Positions 11,739-24,449 of a stretch of DNA of 64,000 nt are shown here, piece by piece (within the stretch, counting starts at the first letter, position 1; each line of letters begins with the position of its first letter). Made by a program: the position numbers and the translations under genes. Source of the stretch: Scenedesmus sp. PABB004 (Eukaryota). The notes beneath the pieces were generated by a model, which saw only the letters and a list, made by a program, of their open reading frames with translations, did no database searches and was not told the origin of the DNA. The stretch spans positions 1 to 64,000 of the forward strand of contig JABVCE010000030.1 of assembly GCA_014905635.1 (NCBI GenBank), read 5' to 3'.

Positions 11739-12451
11739 ATGGCGCGTGGCAGAGGCTGGGGCGCGCTAGGGGCCAGCAGCGGCCTGCAGCAGCAGGTGGC
11801 GGGCCTGCACGGCCTCGGGACGCCACGCGGCGCCGTGGCCGGCGCGCTGCAGGCGCAGCACGGCTTCGCGGCGGCGGCGCACCTGTGCGCACAGCAGCCG
11901 GCCGGCGGCAGCAGCGGCTGCGGCGCGGGCGGCGCGTGGTCAGCGGCGGCGCGGGGCATGTCGACGATGCGGCAGGTGCTGCGCGGCGCGCGGCAGGGCA
12001 AGCCCGCGCGGCGCGACCCGACCAAGGCGCTGAAGGGCTCGCCGATGCGCAAGGGCATCTGCACGCGCGTGTACACGGCCGCGCCCAAGAAGCCCAACTC
12101 TGCCAACCGTGCGGTGGCCAAGGTCGCGCTGAGCAGCGGCTACAAGGTGCTCGCCTACATCCCGGGGGAGGGACACAACCTGCAGGTCTGCACAGCGCCG
12201 CGGCGCAGCGCGCCGCTGCGGCGCGTGCGCCGGCGCGCGCCCGGCCCGGCGGCGCCGGCGGCGCGCGTGAGCCGCAGCCGCCGACCGCGCCGCAGGAGCA
12301 CTCGCTGGTGCTGCTGCGCGGCGGGCGCGCCAAGGACCTGCCCGGCGTCCGCTACCGCGTGGTGCGGGGCGCGTTTGACGCGTCGCCCGTCAAGGACCGC
12401 AAGCAGGGCCGCTCCAAGTATGGCGTCAAGCGGCCCAAGCAGAGCAAGTAG
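11739..12451 (+). CDS. rps12: Nucleus-encoded organellar (probably mitochondrial) ribosomal protein S12 (uS12); 2 exons
   Basis: [33 protein letters not shown]...[36 protein letters not shown]...[10 protein letters not shown]. About 70-aa N-terminal presequence-like extension; one GT-AG intron at about 12186-12295. Confidence 0.93.
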
Positions 12452-12573
12452 CGGCGGCGGCTGCGGCTGCGGCTGGCGGCTGCGGGCGCGGGGCACGGCC
12501 GGCCGGCTGCGCGGGCGCGCGTCGCAGGGTGTTAGGGTTGAGCGCAGCCGGTGTGTTGCAGCGCAGCCGCGCG

Positions 12574-12578
12574 TGTAA
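12574..12578 (+). terminator. Chlorophyte-type polyadenylation signal TGTAA (rps12)
   Basis: TGTAA about 120 nt after the rps12 stop; the motif is rare in this GC-rich DNA. Confidence 0.6.
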
Positions 12579-12790
12579 CTCGGGCGCGGCCCCTCGGCCA
12601 GCAACGCAGTCCCGCAGGCAGGCCGGCAGCCGCGGGAGCCAGACAGCCACCCTGCTCTGCCCTGCCTTTCTCCAGCCAACCAGCCGGCGTGAGCCGCGCT
12701 GGCCAGCCATCACGCGCCCGCGGCGAGGGCAGGCGCCCAGCGCTCTCGCGCGCCGCCGCCGCGCCGGCCAGGGCGCCGCCCTGGCGCCGC

Positions 12791-15086
12791 TCACTTGCCC
12801 GCGGCGGGCAGCGCCCCGCGGCCGCCGCCGCCGCCCACCGCGGCGCCGCCCTGGGCCGCGACCACGCGCCGGTTGTACGTGGCCACTGCGTCGGCGATGA
12901 CGGGGTCGCGGTACGAGCCGCGGTCGGAGCTGGACTCGGGGTGCACGCCGAGGACGTCCCAGCTGGCCATGGACCTGCGGCGCGCGGCAGGCGGCGGCGG
13001 CGAGCGCGCGTGCGGGCCACGGCGGCCAGCGCGCGGCGCGGCCAGCTGCGGCGGCGGCGCACCAGATGAAGCAGCTCGACACGCGGTAGGTGCGGGAGTT
13101 GGGGTCTGACGCGCGCGCGGGCGCAGCCGGACGGTTAGCAGCCGCGCGCCACGCTGCAGGCCGGCCCGGCCGGCAGGCGGCGACGCTGTCGCGGGCAGGC
13201 GGCAGCGCGAGGCGGCCCGGGGCGCACCCGCGAGCCAGGCAATGGCCTTGAAGTAGAACTCTCGCAGGAAGGCGCGGTTGGCGGGCAGGGCCCAGGGGTC
13301 GCTGCCGGGCGCGTAGGCGCCGTAGATGCCAAAGAACGGCCGCAGCGCGACCTCCGCCGGCGAGCGCGCGACCTGCCGCGGCGCGTGGGAGGATGGACGC
13401 GGGCATAGCGGTGCACCGCTTTGCCGCCACGTGGCCGCGCGCGCTGCCACAGCGCACGGCGCGCGCGCAGCGCGGCGCGCACACGGCACGCACGGCGCGC
13501 GCCAGCGCCGCGGGTGCGCCCTGCCGCGCCGCGCGGCGCGCGCGCGCGCCTGGGTGCCGCTGTAGGCCCCTCCGCCACCCAGGCCGAACTCGCTGTACTG
13601 CAGCTCCAGGCGGCCGCTCGCGACGAGGGCCGCGACGTCGATGCCCAGCAGGCTGCGCATCTCGTCGGCAAACATGAACGCGGCGGACTCAAACTCGTTC
13701 AGCGCCATGCCCGGACCCGTGTAGGGCGCGTACGCGGAGATGCCGACCTGCGCGCAGCGCCGGCCGGCGCTCAGGGGGCGCGCGCGGGCGGCTGCACGGG
13801 CGCGCGGGCGGCCGCGGGCGGCGGCGCCGTCGCCGCACAAAGTCAAGCTGCTCGCCCAGGAGGCGGCGCACACCGTCGCCGTCGATGGGCGGCACGTCGC
13901 CGGCGCTGCGCTCCGCGCCGAGCTGCCACATGAGCCAGGAGAGGCGGGAGCTGTCATAGGTCTTTGCCACGCTCGTGGTGTCATCGAGGCGGTTGAAGTT
14001 CAGCCCCACGCCGAGCAGCACGTCGGCGTGTGCGCCGCCCACGCGCGCGCGCAGGCCCTCCACCAGGCCGCCCCACTCGCTCGCGAAGCGCATGACCGTC
14101 GCACTCATCTCGCCCTGCGTGCCGCGGCCGGGCGGCGCGGCGCGGCGCGTGCGCGGCTGCGGCGGCAGGGCGCACGCGCCAGCGACCGACCGCGGCTGCG
14201 CTCGGTCGCGCCCGGCCGCGCGGCGCGCGCGGGGGTGCCCCTGGGGGCGCCTGCCTGCATGCTGAAGTAGACCGCCGGCCGCGCGCGCCCCGGCAGCGTG
14301 CGCAGCACGCCCTCGCCCGCGGCGGCCGCCAGCGCGTCGCGCAGCGCGTCGGCGAGGGGCGCGAGCATGATGTCGGCGTAGCTGGTGGGGCGGGCGCGGG
14401 CGTGGCTGGGGGGCAGCGCTGAGCCGGCCCAGCAGCGCCGGCGCGGGCTCGGGCGCATGCTGCGCAGCGAGCTGGCAAGCCTGCCCGCCGCGCCGGCGCC
14501 GCGCCTGAAGCCGGCGTGCTTCGCCTCCGGCCGCAGGAGCAGGCCGTTGCGCCAGGCCCCGTTGGCGGTGCCGTCGTCGAGGTGGGGCCGCACGTAGACC
14601 GTCAGGCCCTGCCGCATCGCCTCGGTGAAGCAGACCGCCATGGCGCGCCGGAACTCGGCGATGAGCGCGTCCGACCACGGCGAGCACGCGTTGGCGCCGC
14701 TTGGCGTGTGGTGCATGTGGCAGAACGCGCCGATCGTGTTGGACGCGGCCGCCGAGCCTGCGCGCGGACGGGCGGCGCGTTGCCCACCGCGCGCCGCGCA
14801 CGCCCGCCGCGCGCCGCCTGGCTCCGCGCTCACCGCTCGCGGGCAGCCAGTGGTGCGTGGGGACGAAGTTGATGCGGTCGCTGCCGGCGCCGGCGGCGCG
14901 CCAGACCATGTCCAGACAGCGCGACCAGCCCGAGGCGTCGACCTCCCAATCGAACTTGCCGATCAGGTTGACCGAGGGCGAGAGCTGCGTCGACGCCGTG
15001 CTCACGGCCACGCCCTCGCCGAGCGCGGCGGCGCGCGACACCGCGCCCGCGAGCAGCAGGCAGGCCAGCAGCACCAGTCGCGGCAT
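12791..15086 (-). CDS. Secreted clan GH-A TIM-barrel glycoside hydrolase-like protein (resembles GH113/GTA TIM-barrel); multi-exon
   Basis: Signal peptide MPRLVLLACLLLAGAVSRAAA. Motifs INFVPTHHW, VYVRPHLDDG..WRNG, FSMQ|GEM (putative acid/base Glu), GLNFN, LDF|VGISAYAP, YSEFGLGG (putative nucleophile Glu). Family assignment is from remembered motif order. Confidence 0.6.
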
Positions 15087-15630
15087 CGTGGCGCGCCGGG
15101 CGTGTGCCGGGCGCGTGGGGCTGGTCGGTCGCTGGCTGGCGCGCTCGGCCGAGGGCTGGTCGGACGCTGGCTGGCGCGCTGGAGCCGCCCGCTGCGGCAG
15201 CGAGGTGGGGAATGGGCTCGGGCGTGCCGAGCGGAGCTCAAGAGCGCGCGGGCAGAGCTGGATCACGCCCGGCGCGGCAGGTGCGGGGGCGGACCTCGCC
15301 GTGCGGGTGCGGCGCGGCGGCGCGCTCGCTTCGAGCCGGTGGGTGTCTCCACCGATGCGTTTCATGTGCTGGCGCCCGTGCCGCGGGCCGTTCACGCGAT
15401 CGGTGCGCGGCGCCCGCGCCAGTTCGCGCGGCCGCGCTGAAGCGCCGCCGGCCGGCGCACATGCTGCAGCCGATCGCCAGCACGGCAGTCCTCGCCGGAC
15501 AGGCCAGCCGACAGCGCTGAGCGCGGTCCCCGCCGATCGCAGTAGCAGCGCCGCCGCGCAGCCCGCGCCGCAGCGGCGCACCGGGGCGCCCGGGGCGCCG
15601 GTTCACGGCCGCGCCGTGCCCGGCGCGATC

Positions 15631-15893
15631 ATGGCCGTCCCACGGGGCCACAGCAGCGCTGCGGCGGGCGCGCGGGGCTTGGCGAGGGGCTGCCCGCGTG
15701 CAGCCCGCGTTGTGGCGCGACGGGCAGCCCGCAGCCCCGGCGGGGGCCCTCCTGGCTCCCATGCCGCCATCCTGCGGGTGCGCACACCGCGCCACGGGGC
15801 CTCGCTGCGCCGCCGCGGCCGCGCCGCGCTCAAACAGCGCCGGCTGCCCGCGCCCGGCCGCCGCGCGCAGGCCCGCCCCCAGCAGCTGCAGGG

Positions 15894-15943
<50 letters not shown>

Positions 15944-16989
15944 CTGCGCCGTCCAGCGGCGGCCTCGTCACGCGGCGGCAGCAGCTCGCGGCGGCGGCGG
16001 CGGCAGCGCTCGCGGGGGCGCCGCTGCCGGCGCGCGCCGCGCCGTCGTCCGACCTCGTGGAGGGCACCGCCAACTGGCTGAGCATCGGGCTCGCGTCGCT
16101 CCGGCTGTGGTGGTCCAGCGTGCTCGCGGGCATCACCGAGGACGACACCACGGGCCTCGCCGCCGGCGCGGGCGAGACCCGCGCGCGCCGCCTGGGCGCG
16201 CTCGTGCGCGTGCCGGGGCTGAGCAGCTTCAGCTTCATCCACGGCGCCCTCGTGGGCGGCGCGCTCATCGCGCTCCTCGGCCTGGCCGGCAGGGACGGCG
16301 GCCAGCCCGCACCGGCGCAGCAGCAGCAGCAGCTGGAGCTGGCCAAGCAGGCGCGGCGCGGGATGCGGGGCGCGGCGGCGCACGCGGCACGCGGGGCTGC
16401 TCGCGGGGCGCGCGGCCGCGCGCCGCGGCGCAGGGCGGCACCGCACGCTGACGCGCTGCGGGGCCGCCCCGGCGCGCGCGCGCCACACGCCCGCAGCCGG
16501 CGCTGCGGCCGGACGTCGAGGCCGCGCTGCGGCGGCTGCTGGCGTCGCCCGACACGAGCGCCACCTTCCACGACCCCGCGGTGCACGCGGCGCTGCAGGC
16601 GAGCTGTGCGGCGGCGGCCGCGCGCGGCGGCGGCGGCGGCGCGCGAGCGGCTGCGCGCGGAGGCGGCTGCGTGGCTGGCGAGCGCGCCGCGCTCGGCCTG
16701 CGTGCGCCGCGTGCGGCGGCTGAGCGCGCCGCGCTCGGCCTGCGTGCGCGCAGGAGGTGCGCGCCGACCTGCGTGCCATCACGCGCTACCGGGACGATCC
16801 GGTCGTCATGCAGGTGCGGCGCGGCTGCCCGGCGCGCTGCGCGCGCAATGTGCAGCGGCAGGGCGGCGGCAGAGCTTGGTACACAGCGCGCCGGCCCCTG
16901 CGCGCCACTGCCCCCCCCCCCTCCGCGCGTGCCGCGCGCAGGCGTTCCAGAAGCTGCTGGAGATTGAGGACATACTGGAGCGGCTGTGA
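15631..16989 (+). CDS. Putative membrane protein with C-terminal STI1/DP (Hop/Tic40-like) domain; multi-exon
   Basis: Transit-peptide-like start, polyQ, hydrophobic segments (WLSIGLASLRLWWSSVLAG; FIHGALVGGALIALLGLAG), then FHDPAVHAALQ|EVRADLRAITRYRDDPVVMQ|AFQKLLEIEDIL, matching the DP-repeat pattern. N-terminal exon structure uncertain. Confidence 0.55.
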
Positions 16990-17773
16990 GTCCAGCGGGG
17001 GGAGCGAGGAGGGCTGGGCCGGGGGCCGGCGCGCGGGCGGGTGAGCGCCAGGCGCGGACAATCCCCGCGCGCCGGCTGGGCGGCACTGCTGTTGATTGAC
17101 TTCAACGCCTGTACTATGCGCGCCGTGTGGCCGCCGTTTGCGAGAGCACTGTACAAACACCAGCGCAGTCGTGGCGCGGCGTGCGGGCCTGCCGGGAGCT
17201 GCAACACCAGCCTCGGCCGCCGCGCGCGCTCGACCGCCGCCGCTGGCGCGCTGCGCGTGCGCGGGGGGCGATGCTGCTGCGATTCGCTCACGCCAGGCCC
17301 GCCGCAGCTTCCCCGCGCGGCGTGCGCCCCGCGCGGCGCGCATCTGGCTGGCGCGCACCATCGTGCCAGCCCCGGCAGCGCCCAGCCGCCGCCGCCGCCA
17401 CGCGCAGCGGGCGCGCCCCCTGCGCCGCCGACGTGCGCGGGCGGCTTGATGGCGCGTGCACGCGCCCGCCACTGAGCCTGGGGGGCCGGGGCGCGGCGCG
17501 GCGGCGGGCCATCACATCCCATGCCCGTGCGCAGCGCCGACGCGCGCCGCCGGCGCGCGGCGCCGGTCCGGGGCGCAGTGGGCGGCAGTCCGGTGGCGAA
17601 TCGCGGACGATCTGAGGCGCGTGCGCGCGTTCGTCCACTCATCTGTCGCGATCTGGCGCGCGGTTCTGCGTCGCTAATTCGCTGGCCGTGCGCGCCACGC
17701 AACCGACCGCGCCTGGCCCCGGCCAGCTGGGTGGATCGATCGGCACGTCACCATGCTCCAGCAGCATGCAACC

Positions 17774-20700
17774 ATGATGCAGAGCGCTCTGGGCCGCAAG
17801 GCCTCCTCGCTCGCGGGCAGCACGCCGGTGCGGGGCGCGCAGGAGGCCCATGGGTCCCGGCCGGCCTGCCCAGCGGCGCGGAGCGTCCGCAATTACTCGG
17901 GACGGCCCGCTGACGGCCCGCCGCGCCCGCAGGTGCCCGCGCGCGCCGTGCCCCAGGCGCCCCGCAATGGCTCGGCCTTTGCCGGTCGCCAGGTGCGCGC
18001 GGCGCTGCCGGCGCTGCCGCATTCGGGGCGCGAGACGCGCCGCCAGCTCTGGGCCGCAGCGGGACGCCAGTGGGGCGCGGCAGCGGCGGGAGAGGCCGCT
18101 GCCTTCCCGAGCAGCAGCAGAGCGCCCAGCGCGCCCTGGCGGGCGGCCGGGAGCGCGGGGCGCCGCGCCCTCCGTCGCCGTCGGGCGCGCCCCCATGCCC
18201 ACGCGCACGGCCCCCCGGCGCAGGTGGCCTGCCGCGTCGCCACGGGGCCCAAGCCCAGCACCGCCGGCGGCGCGCCCAAGCCCGTGCAGATCAACATGCG
18301 CGACGAGGACTTTGACGAGGGCTTCGCTGGCGGTGGGCGGCCGCGGCGGCACGCGCGGGCGGGCGCGCCGGCGGGGGCGGGGCGGGCGCGCGCGGCGGCT
18401 GCTGCTGCGGCGGCGGCGGCGGCAGCAGCGGCAGGAGCGGCGGCGGCAGGAGCGGCGGCGGCGGCGGCAGCAGCAGGGCGGCTGCAGCAGCAGCGGGTGC
18501 AGCTGCTGCGACAGGGGCGGCGGCAGCAGGGCTCGCAGCGGCGCCCGTTGCCCGGGGCGCGCCCGTGGCGCGGCGCCGCGCGCTCACCCGCCGCGCGCCG
18601 CGCGGGCGCTCCCCCGCTGCGCGCGCAGGCGGCAGCAAGGGCCTGTTCACGAGCACCAACCCCGAGCTGCGCCGCGTCGTGCCGGACGTGGCGGGGCGCG
18701 TGAAGGTCAAGGTCGTGTACACCGTGCTGGAGGCGCAGTACCAGAGCGCGCTCACGGCGGCGGTCAAGGCCATCAACGCGAGCAACAAGACGGTGTGCTT
18801 TGAGCTCGTCGGCTACCTGCTGGAGGAGCTGCGCGACAGCAGCAACCTCGAGGCCTTCAAGCGCGACCTCTCCGACGCCAACGTCTTCATCGGCTCCCTC
18901 ATCTTCATCGAGGAGCTCGCGGAGAAGGCGCGGCGGCGCCAGCGCGGCGCGCACGCGCGCGCGCGGGGCGCGGGGCGCGGGGGCAGAGGCGCCCGCGCGG
19001 CGCGGCTCGGCGCGGCGGGCGCGCGCTCATGCGCGCGCGCGCCCGCGGCGCCGGCGCGGCGCAGATTGTGGAGGCCGTCGCGCCGCGCCGCGACGCGCTG
19101 GACGCGTGCGTGATCTTCCCCAGCATGCCGGCGGTGATGAAGCTGAACAAGCTCGGCACCTTCAGCATGGCCCAGCTGGGGCAGAGCAAGTCCATCATCG
19201 GCGACTTCATCAAGTGAGCTGAGCCCACTGGGCGGCGCGCAGCAGCCGCAGGCGCCTGGCGCGCAGCCGGCGTGCGCGCGCGCGCGCCTGCCCGGCGCCC
19301 CTGCGCGCCGCGCGCCGACCCGCCGCCGCCCGCCGCCCGCCCGGCACCGCCCCGCGCGCGCGCGCGCGCGCGCAGGTCTGCGCGCGCCAAGAACGACAAC
19401 TTTGAGGAGGGCCTGCTCAAGCTAGTGCGCACGCTGCCCAAGGTCCTCAAGTTCCTGCCCAGCGACAAGGCGCAGGACGCGCGCAACTTTGTGCAGGGCC
19501 TGCAGTACTGGCTCGGCGGCAACAGCGAGAACCTGCAGAACTTCCTGCTCACGCTCGTGACTGCGTACGTGCCGGCGCTCAAGGGCGTGAGCTTTGAGAT
19601 CGCCGAGCCGGAGCTCTTTCCCGAGGTCGGCCTCTGGCACCCGCTCGCGCCGGCGATGTACGAGGACCTCAAGGAGTACCTCAACTGGTGCGACCACACC
19701 CCGCGCGGCGCGCGCGGGGCGGGCAGGGCAGGACGCAGCCCGCGGGGCGCGGCGCGGTGGCGGGGCGCGCGGGCGCGCGCGGCGCCAGCTGCAGCGGCGG
19801 CGGCGCTGCGCGCGCGCGACGCGCCCGCCCGCCGCCGCTCACGCGCGCCCCGCCCGCGCGCGCCCCGCTCGCGCAGGTACGACACGCGCAAGGACCTCAA
19901 GCTGCCCGCCGACGCGCCCGTGGTGGGCCTGGTGATGCAGCGCAGCCACCTCGTCACCGGCGACGAGGGCCACTACAGCGGCGTGGTCGCGGAGCTGGAG
20001 GCGCGCGGCGCCAAGGTCGTGCCCGTCTTTGCCGGCGGCCTCGACTTCAGCAGGTGCGCGCGCCCGCGGCGCGGCGGCGGCGGCGGCAGCAGGGGCAGCA
20101 GCAGCAGGGGCAGGGGCAGGGGCAGCTCGCTGTCAGCGAGGCGGCGGCGGCCGTGCGCGCAGCGCGCGCAGCGCGCACAGCGCCCGCGCGCGTGCTCCCG
20201 ACGCCGCCCCGCCCCGCCTGCCGCCTGCCGCTCCCGCCCCGCCGCGCCGCAGCCCGGTGAAAAAGTTCTTCTACGACCCCCTCGGCAGCGGCAAGGCGTT
20301 TGTGGACACGGTCGTGTCGCTCACGGGCTTTGCGCTCGTCGGCGGCCCCGCGCGCCAGGACGCGCCCAAGGCGGTCGAGGCGCTGACCGCGCTCAACGTC
20401 CCCTACCTCGTCAGCCTGCCCCTCGTCTTCCAGACGACCGAGGAGTGGCTCGACAGCGAGCTCGGCGTGCACCCGGTGCAGGTCGCGCTGCAGGTCGCGC
20501 TGCCCGAGCTCGACGGCGCGCTGGAGCCGATCGTCTTTGCCGGCCGCGACTCCAACACCGGCAAGAGCCACTCCCTGCCCGACCGCATCGAGTCGCTCGC
20601 CAAGCGCGCCATCAACTGGGCGCGGCTGCGCAAGCTGAAGAACGCGGAGAAGAGGATCGCGATCACCGTGTTCAGCTTCCCGCCCGACAAGGGCAACGTC

Positions 20701-23700
20701 GGCACCGCCGCCTACCTCAACGTCTTTGGCTCCATCTTTGCGGTGCTCAAGAACCTGCAGGCCTGCGGCTACGACGTCGGCAAGCTGCCCGCCAACGAGA
20801 CCGAGCTCATCCAGGTGCGCGGCCAGCGCGCAGCGGCCAGTGCGGCCAGCGCGCGCGAGCGGGCAGCGCGCAGCGCGCGAGCGGCCAGCGCGCGGGCGCG
20901 GCCAGCGCGCGCGGCGCGGCCAGCGCGCGCGGCGCGGCGGCCAGCCAGGCGGCCAGCGCGGCCAGCGCGCGCGGCACGGCCAGCCAGGCGGCCAGCGCAG
21001 CCAGGCGGCCAGCACAGCGCAGCCAGGCGGCCAGCGCAGCGCAGCCAGCGCCCGCGCGCACCGACCGCCGCGCGCCGCCCTGCGCCGCCTGCTGACCCCG
21101 CGCTGCCCCGCCCCGCCCCGCGCCGCGCGCGCCGCGCAGAGCGTGCTGACGCAGAAGGAGGCCAAGTTCAACAGCACCGACCTCAACATCGCGTACAAGA
21201 TGCCGGTGGCCGAGTACACGGAGCTGTGCGAGTACAGCGAGGCGCTGGAGGAGAACTGGGGCAAGCCGCCGGGGCAGCTCAACAGCAACGGCCAGGAGCT
21301 GCTCGTGTACGGGCAGACGTACGGCAACGTCTTCATCGGCGTGCAGCCGACCTTTGGCTACGAGGGCGACCCGATGCGCCTGCTGTTCAGCCGCTCCGCG
21401 TCGCCGCACCACGGCTTTGCCGCGTACTACACGTACCTGGAGAAGGTGTTCAAGGCCGACGCGGTGCTGCACTTTGGCACGCACGGCAGCCTCGAGTTCA
21501 TGCCCGGCAAGCAGGTCGGCATGAGCGGCGTGTGCTACCCCGACTCGCTCATCGGCACCATCCCCAACCTCTACTACTACGCCGCCAACAACCCGAGCGA
21601 GGCCACGATCGCCAAGCGCCGCTCGTACGCCAACACCATCTCCTACCTCACGCCGCCCGCGGAGAACGCGGGGCTCTACAAGGGCCTCAAGGAGCTCAAG
21701 GAGCTCATCAGCAGCTACCAGGGCATGCGCGAGAGCGGGCGCGGCGAGCAGATCTGCGCGACGATCATCGAGACCGCGCGGCAGTGCAACCTCGACAAGG
21801 ACGTCCCGCTCCCCGCCGACGACGCGGCGGCCAAGGCGCTGAGCGTGGACGAGCGCGACCGCGTCGTCGGCAACGTGTACCGCAAGCTCATGGAGATCGA
21901 GTCCCGCCTCCTGCCCTGCGGCCTGCACGTCGTGGGCGTGCCGCCCACCGCCGACGAGGCCGTCGCGACGCTGGTCAACATCGCTGAGATCGACCGCCCC
22001 GACCAGGCGCGCGGGACAGCGCGCACCGCAGCGCGCGCAGCGCGCACAGCGCGCACAGCGGGGGGCCAGGGCTGTCCGGGAGCCGCAAGGCTGACGGCAG
22101 GCAGCAGGCGCAGCGGCAGCCAGCGCCCGCCGCCCGCGCCCGCGCCGGCTGGCCGCGCGCGCTGACCGCGCGCGCGCCCGCCCCCGCCTGTCGCGCCGCG
22201 TCGCGCCGCAGAAGCCGGAGCCGATCAAGGGCCTGCCCAGCATCATGGCCGCCGCGATCGGGCGCGACATCGAGGCCATCTACGCGGGCAACAACAAGGG
22301 CGTGCTCGCCGACGTGGACCTGCTGCAGCGCATCACCGAGGCCTGCCGCGCGTGCGTGCGCGAGTTTGTGTCGGAGCGCACCGGCCTCAACGGCCGCATC
22401 GGCGCCAACTTCCTGCCCAGCCTGATCAAGTGGACGGGCTTCTACCAGGAGCCGCTCACGCGCGCGCTGCAGGGCACCGAGTTTGCGCGCGCCGACCGCG
22501 GCGACCTGGCCAACACGTTCAAGTACCTCGAGTTCTGCCTGGAGCAGGTGGTCAAGGACAACGAGCTCGGCGCGCTCGTGGAGGCGCTCGACGGCAAGTA
22601 CACCGTGCCCGGCCCCGGCGGCGACCCCATCCGCAACCCCGGCGTGCTGCCGACCGGCAAGAACATCCACGCACTCGACCCCCAGTCCATCCCCACGCAG
22701 GCGCGCGACGCAGCGCGCGCGCGCGGCGGGGCACGCGCAGCGCGGCGCAGCAGGGCGTGCGGCGGCGGGGCGCGGCGGCGCGCGCGGCGGGGCGCCCGGC
22801 GCGGCGCGCGGCGGGGCGCGCAGCCGCTCACGCCCTGGCCCCCCGCGCGCCGCCCCCGCGCGCAGGCGGCGCTGAAGAGCGCGGCGGTGATCGTGGAGCG
22901 GCTGCTGGACCGCGAGCGCGACAACAACGGCGGCAACTACCCCGAGTCGATCGCGCTCGTGCTGTGGGGCACCGACAACATCAAGACCTACGTGAGCGCC
23001 GCCGCCGCCGCGCTGCGCCCCGCGCCCCGCGCCCCGCGCGACGCAGCGTCCAGCAGCAGCGCCGGCGGCGGCCCCGGCCCGCGCAGCCCGCTCTCCGCGC
23101 GCGCGCCTGCGCCGACGCCCGCCGCCGCCCGCCCCGCCGCCGCTGCGCAGGGCGAGTCGCTGGCGCAGGTGCTGATGATGGTCGGCGTGCGGCCCGTCGC
23201 GGACAGCCTGGGCCGCGTGAACAAGCTGGAGGTCATCCCCCTGGAGGAGCTGCGCCGGCCGCGCATCGACGTCGTCGTCAACTGCAGCGGCGTGTTCAGG
23301 GACCTCTTTGTCAACCAGATGCTCCTCCTCGACCGCGCCATCAAGATGGCAGCAGAGCAGGTGCGCGGCCGCGCCGCGCGCCGCCGCCGCGCACCCGCAG
23401 CGGCTGCGGTGCGCCCCGCCGCCGCCGCGCCCGCGGCGCGCTGACGCCGCCCTGCCTGCCTGCCTGCGCCTCCCTGTCCCGCTCCCGCCGCGCAGGACGA
23501 GCCGGAGGAGATGAACTTTGTGCGCAAGCACGCGCGCCAGCAGGCGGCCGAGATGGGCATCAGCCTGCGCGACGCTGCGACGCGCGTGTTCAGCAACAGC
23601 AGCGGCTCCTACTCCTCCAACGTCAACCTCGCGGTCGAGAACAGCTCCTGGAGCGACGAGAACCAGCTGCAGGAGATGTACCTCAAGCGCAAGAGCTTCG

Positions 23701-24449
23701 CGTTCAACTCGGACCGCCCCGGTGCGCGTGGCGCCGCGCCGCGCCGCGCCGGCTGGCCGCGCCGCGCGCCGGCTGGCCGCGCTGCCACCTCGCGCCGCCG
23801 CCCCTCACCCCGCGCCCCGCCCCTCACCCCGCGCGCCCTGCCCGCGCCGCTGCCGCCGAGCGCAGGCGCTGGCGGCGAGGAGGGGCGCGAGATCTTTGAG
23901 CGCGCGCTCAAGACGGTGGACGTGACGTTCCAGAACCTCGACAGCAGCGAGATCAGCCTCACCGACGTGAGCCACTACTTTGACAGCGACCCCACCAAGC
24001 TCGTCGCGGGCCTGCGCGGCGACGGCAAGGCGCCGTCCGCGTACATCGCCGACACGACGACCGCCAACGGCCAGGTCCGCACGCTCGGCGAGACGGTGCG
24101 CCTCGACGCGCGCACGAAGCTGCTCAACCCCAAGTGGTACGAGGGCATGCTCAGCAGCGGGTACGAGGGCGTGCGCGAGATCCAGAAGCGCCTGACCAAC
24201 ACCATGGGCTGGAGCGCGACGAGCGGCATGGTCGACAACTGGGTGTACGACGAGGCCAACGCGACGTTCATCGAGGACCCCGACATGGCCGCGCGCCTGC
24301 TCGAGGCCAACCCCAACTCCTTCCGCAAGCTCGTCGCGACGTTCCTGGAGGCCAACGGCCGCGGCTACTGGGACGCGAGCGAGGACCAGCTCGAGCGCCT
24401 GCGCCAGATGTACACCGACGTGGAGGACAAGATCGAGGGCATCGAGTGA
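17774..24449 (+). CDS. CHLH: Magnesium-protoporphyrin IX chelatase subunit H, chloroplast precursor; 14 exons
   Basis: Highly conserved blocks: [133 protein letters not shown]. Confidence 0.98.
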
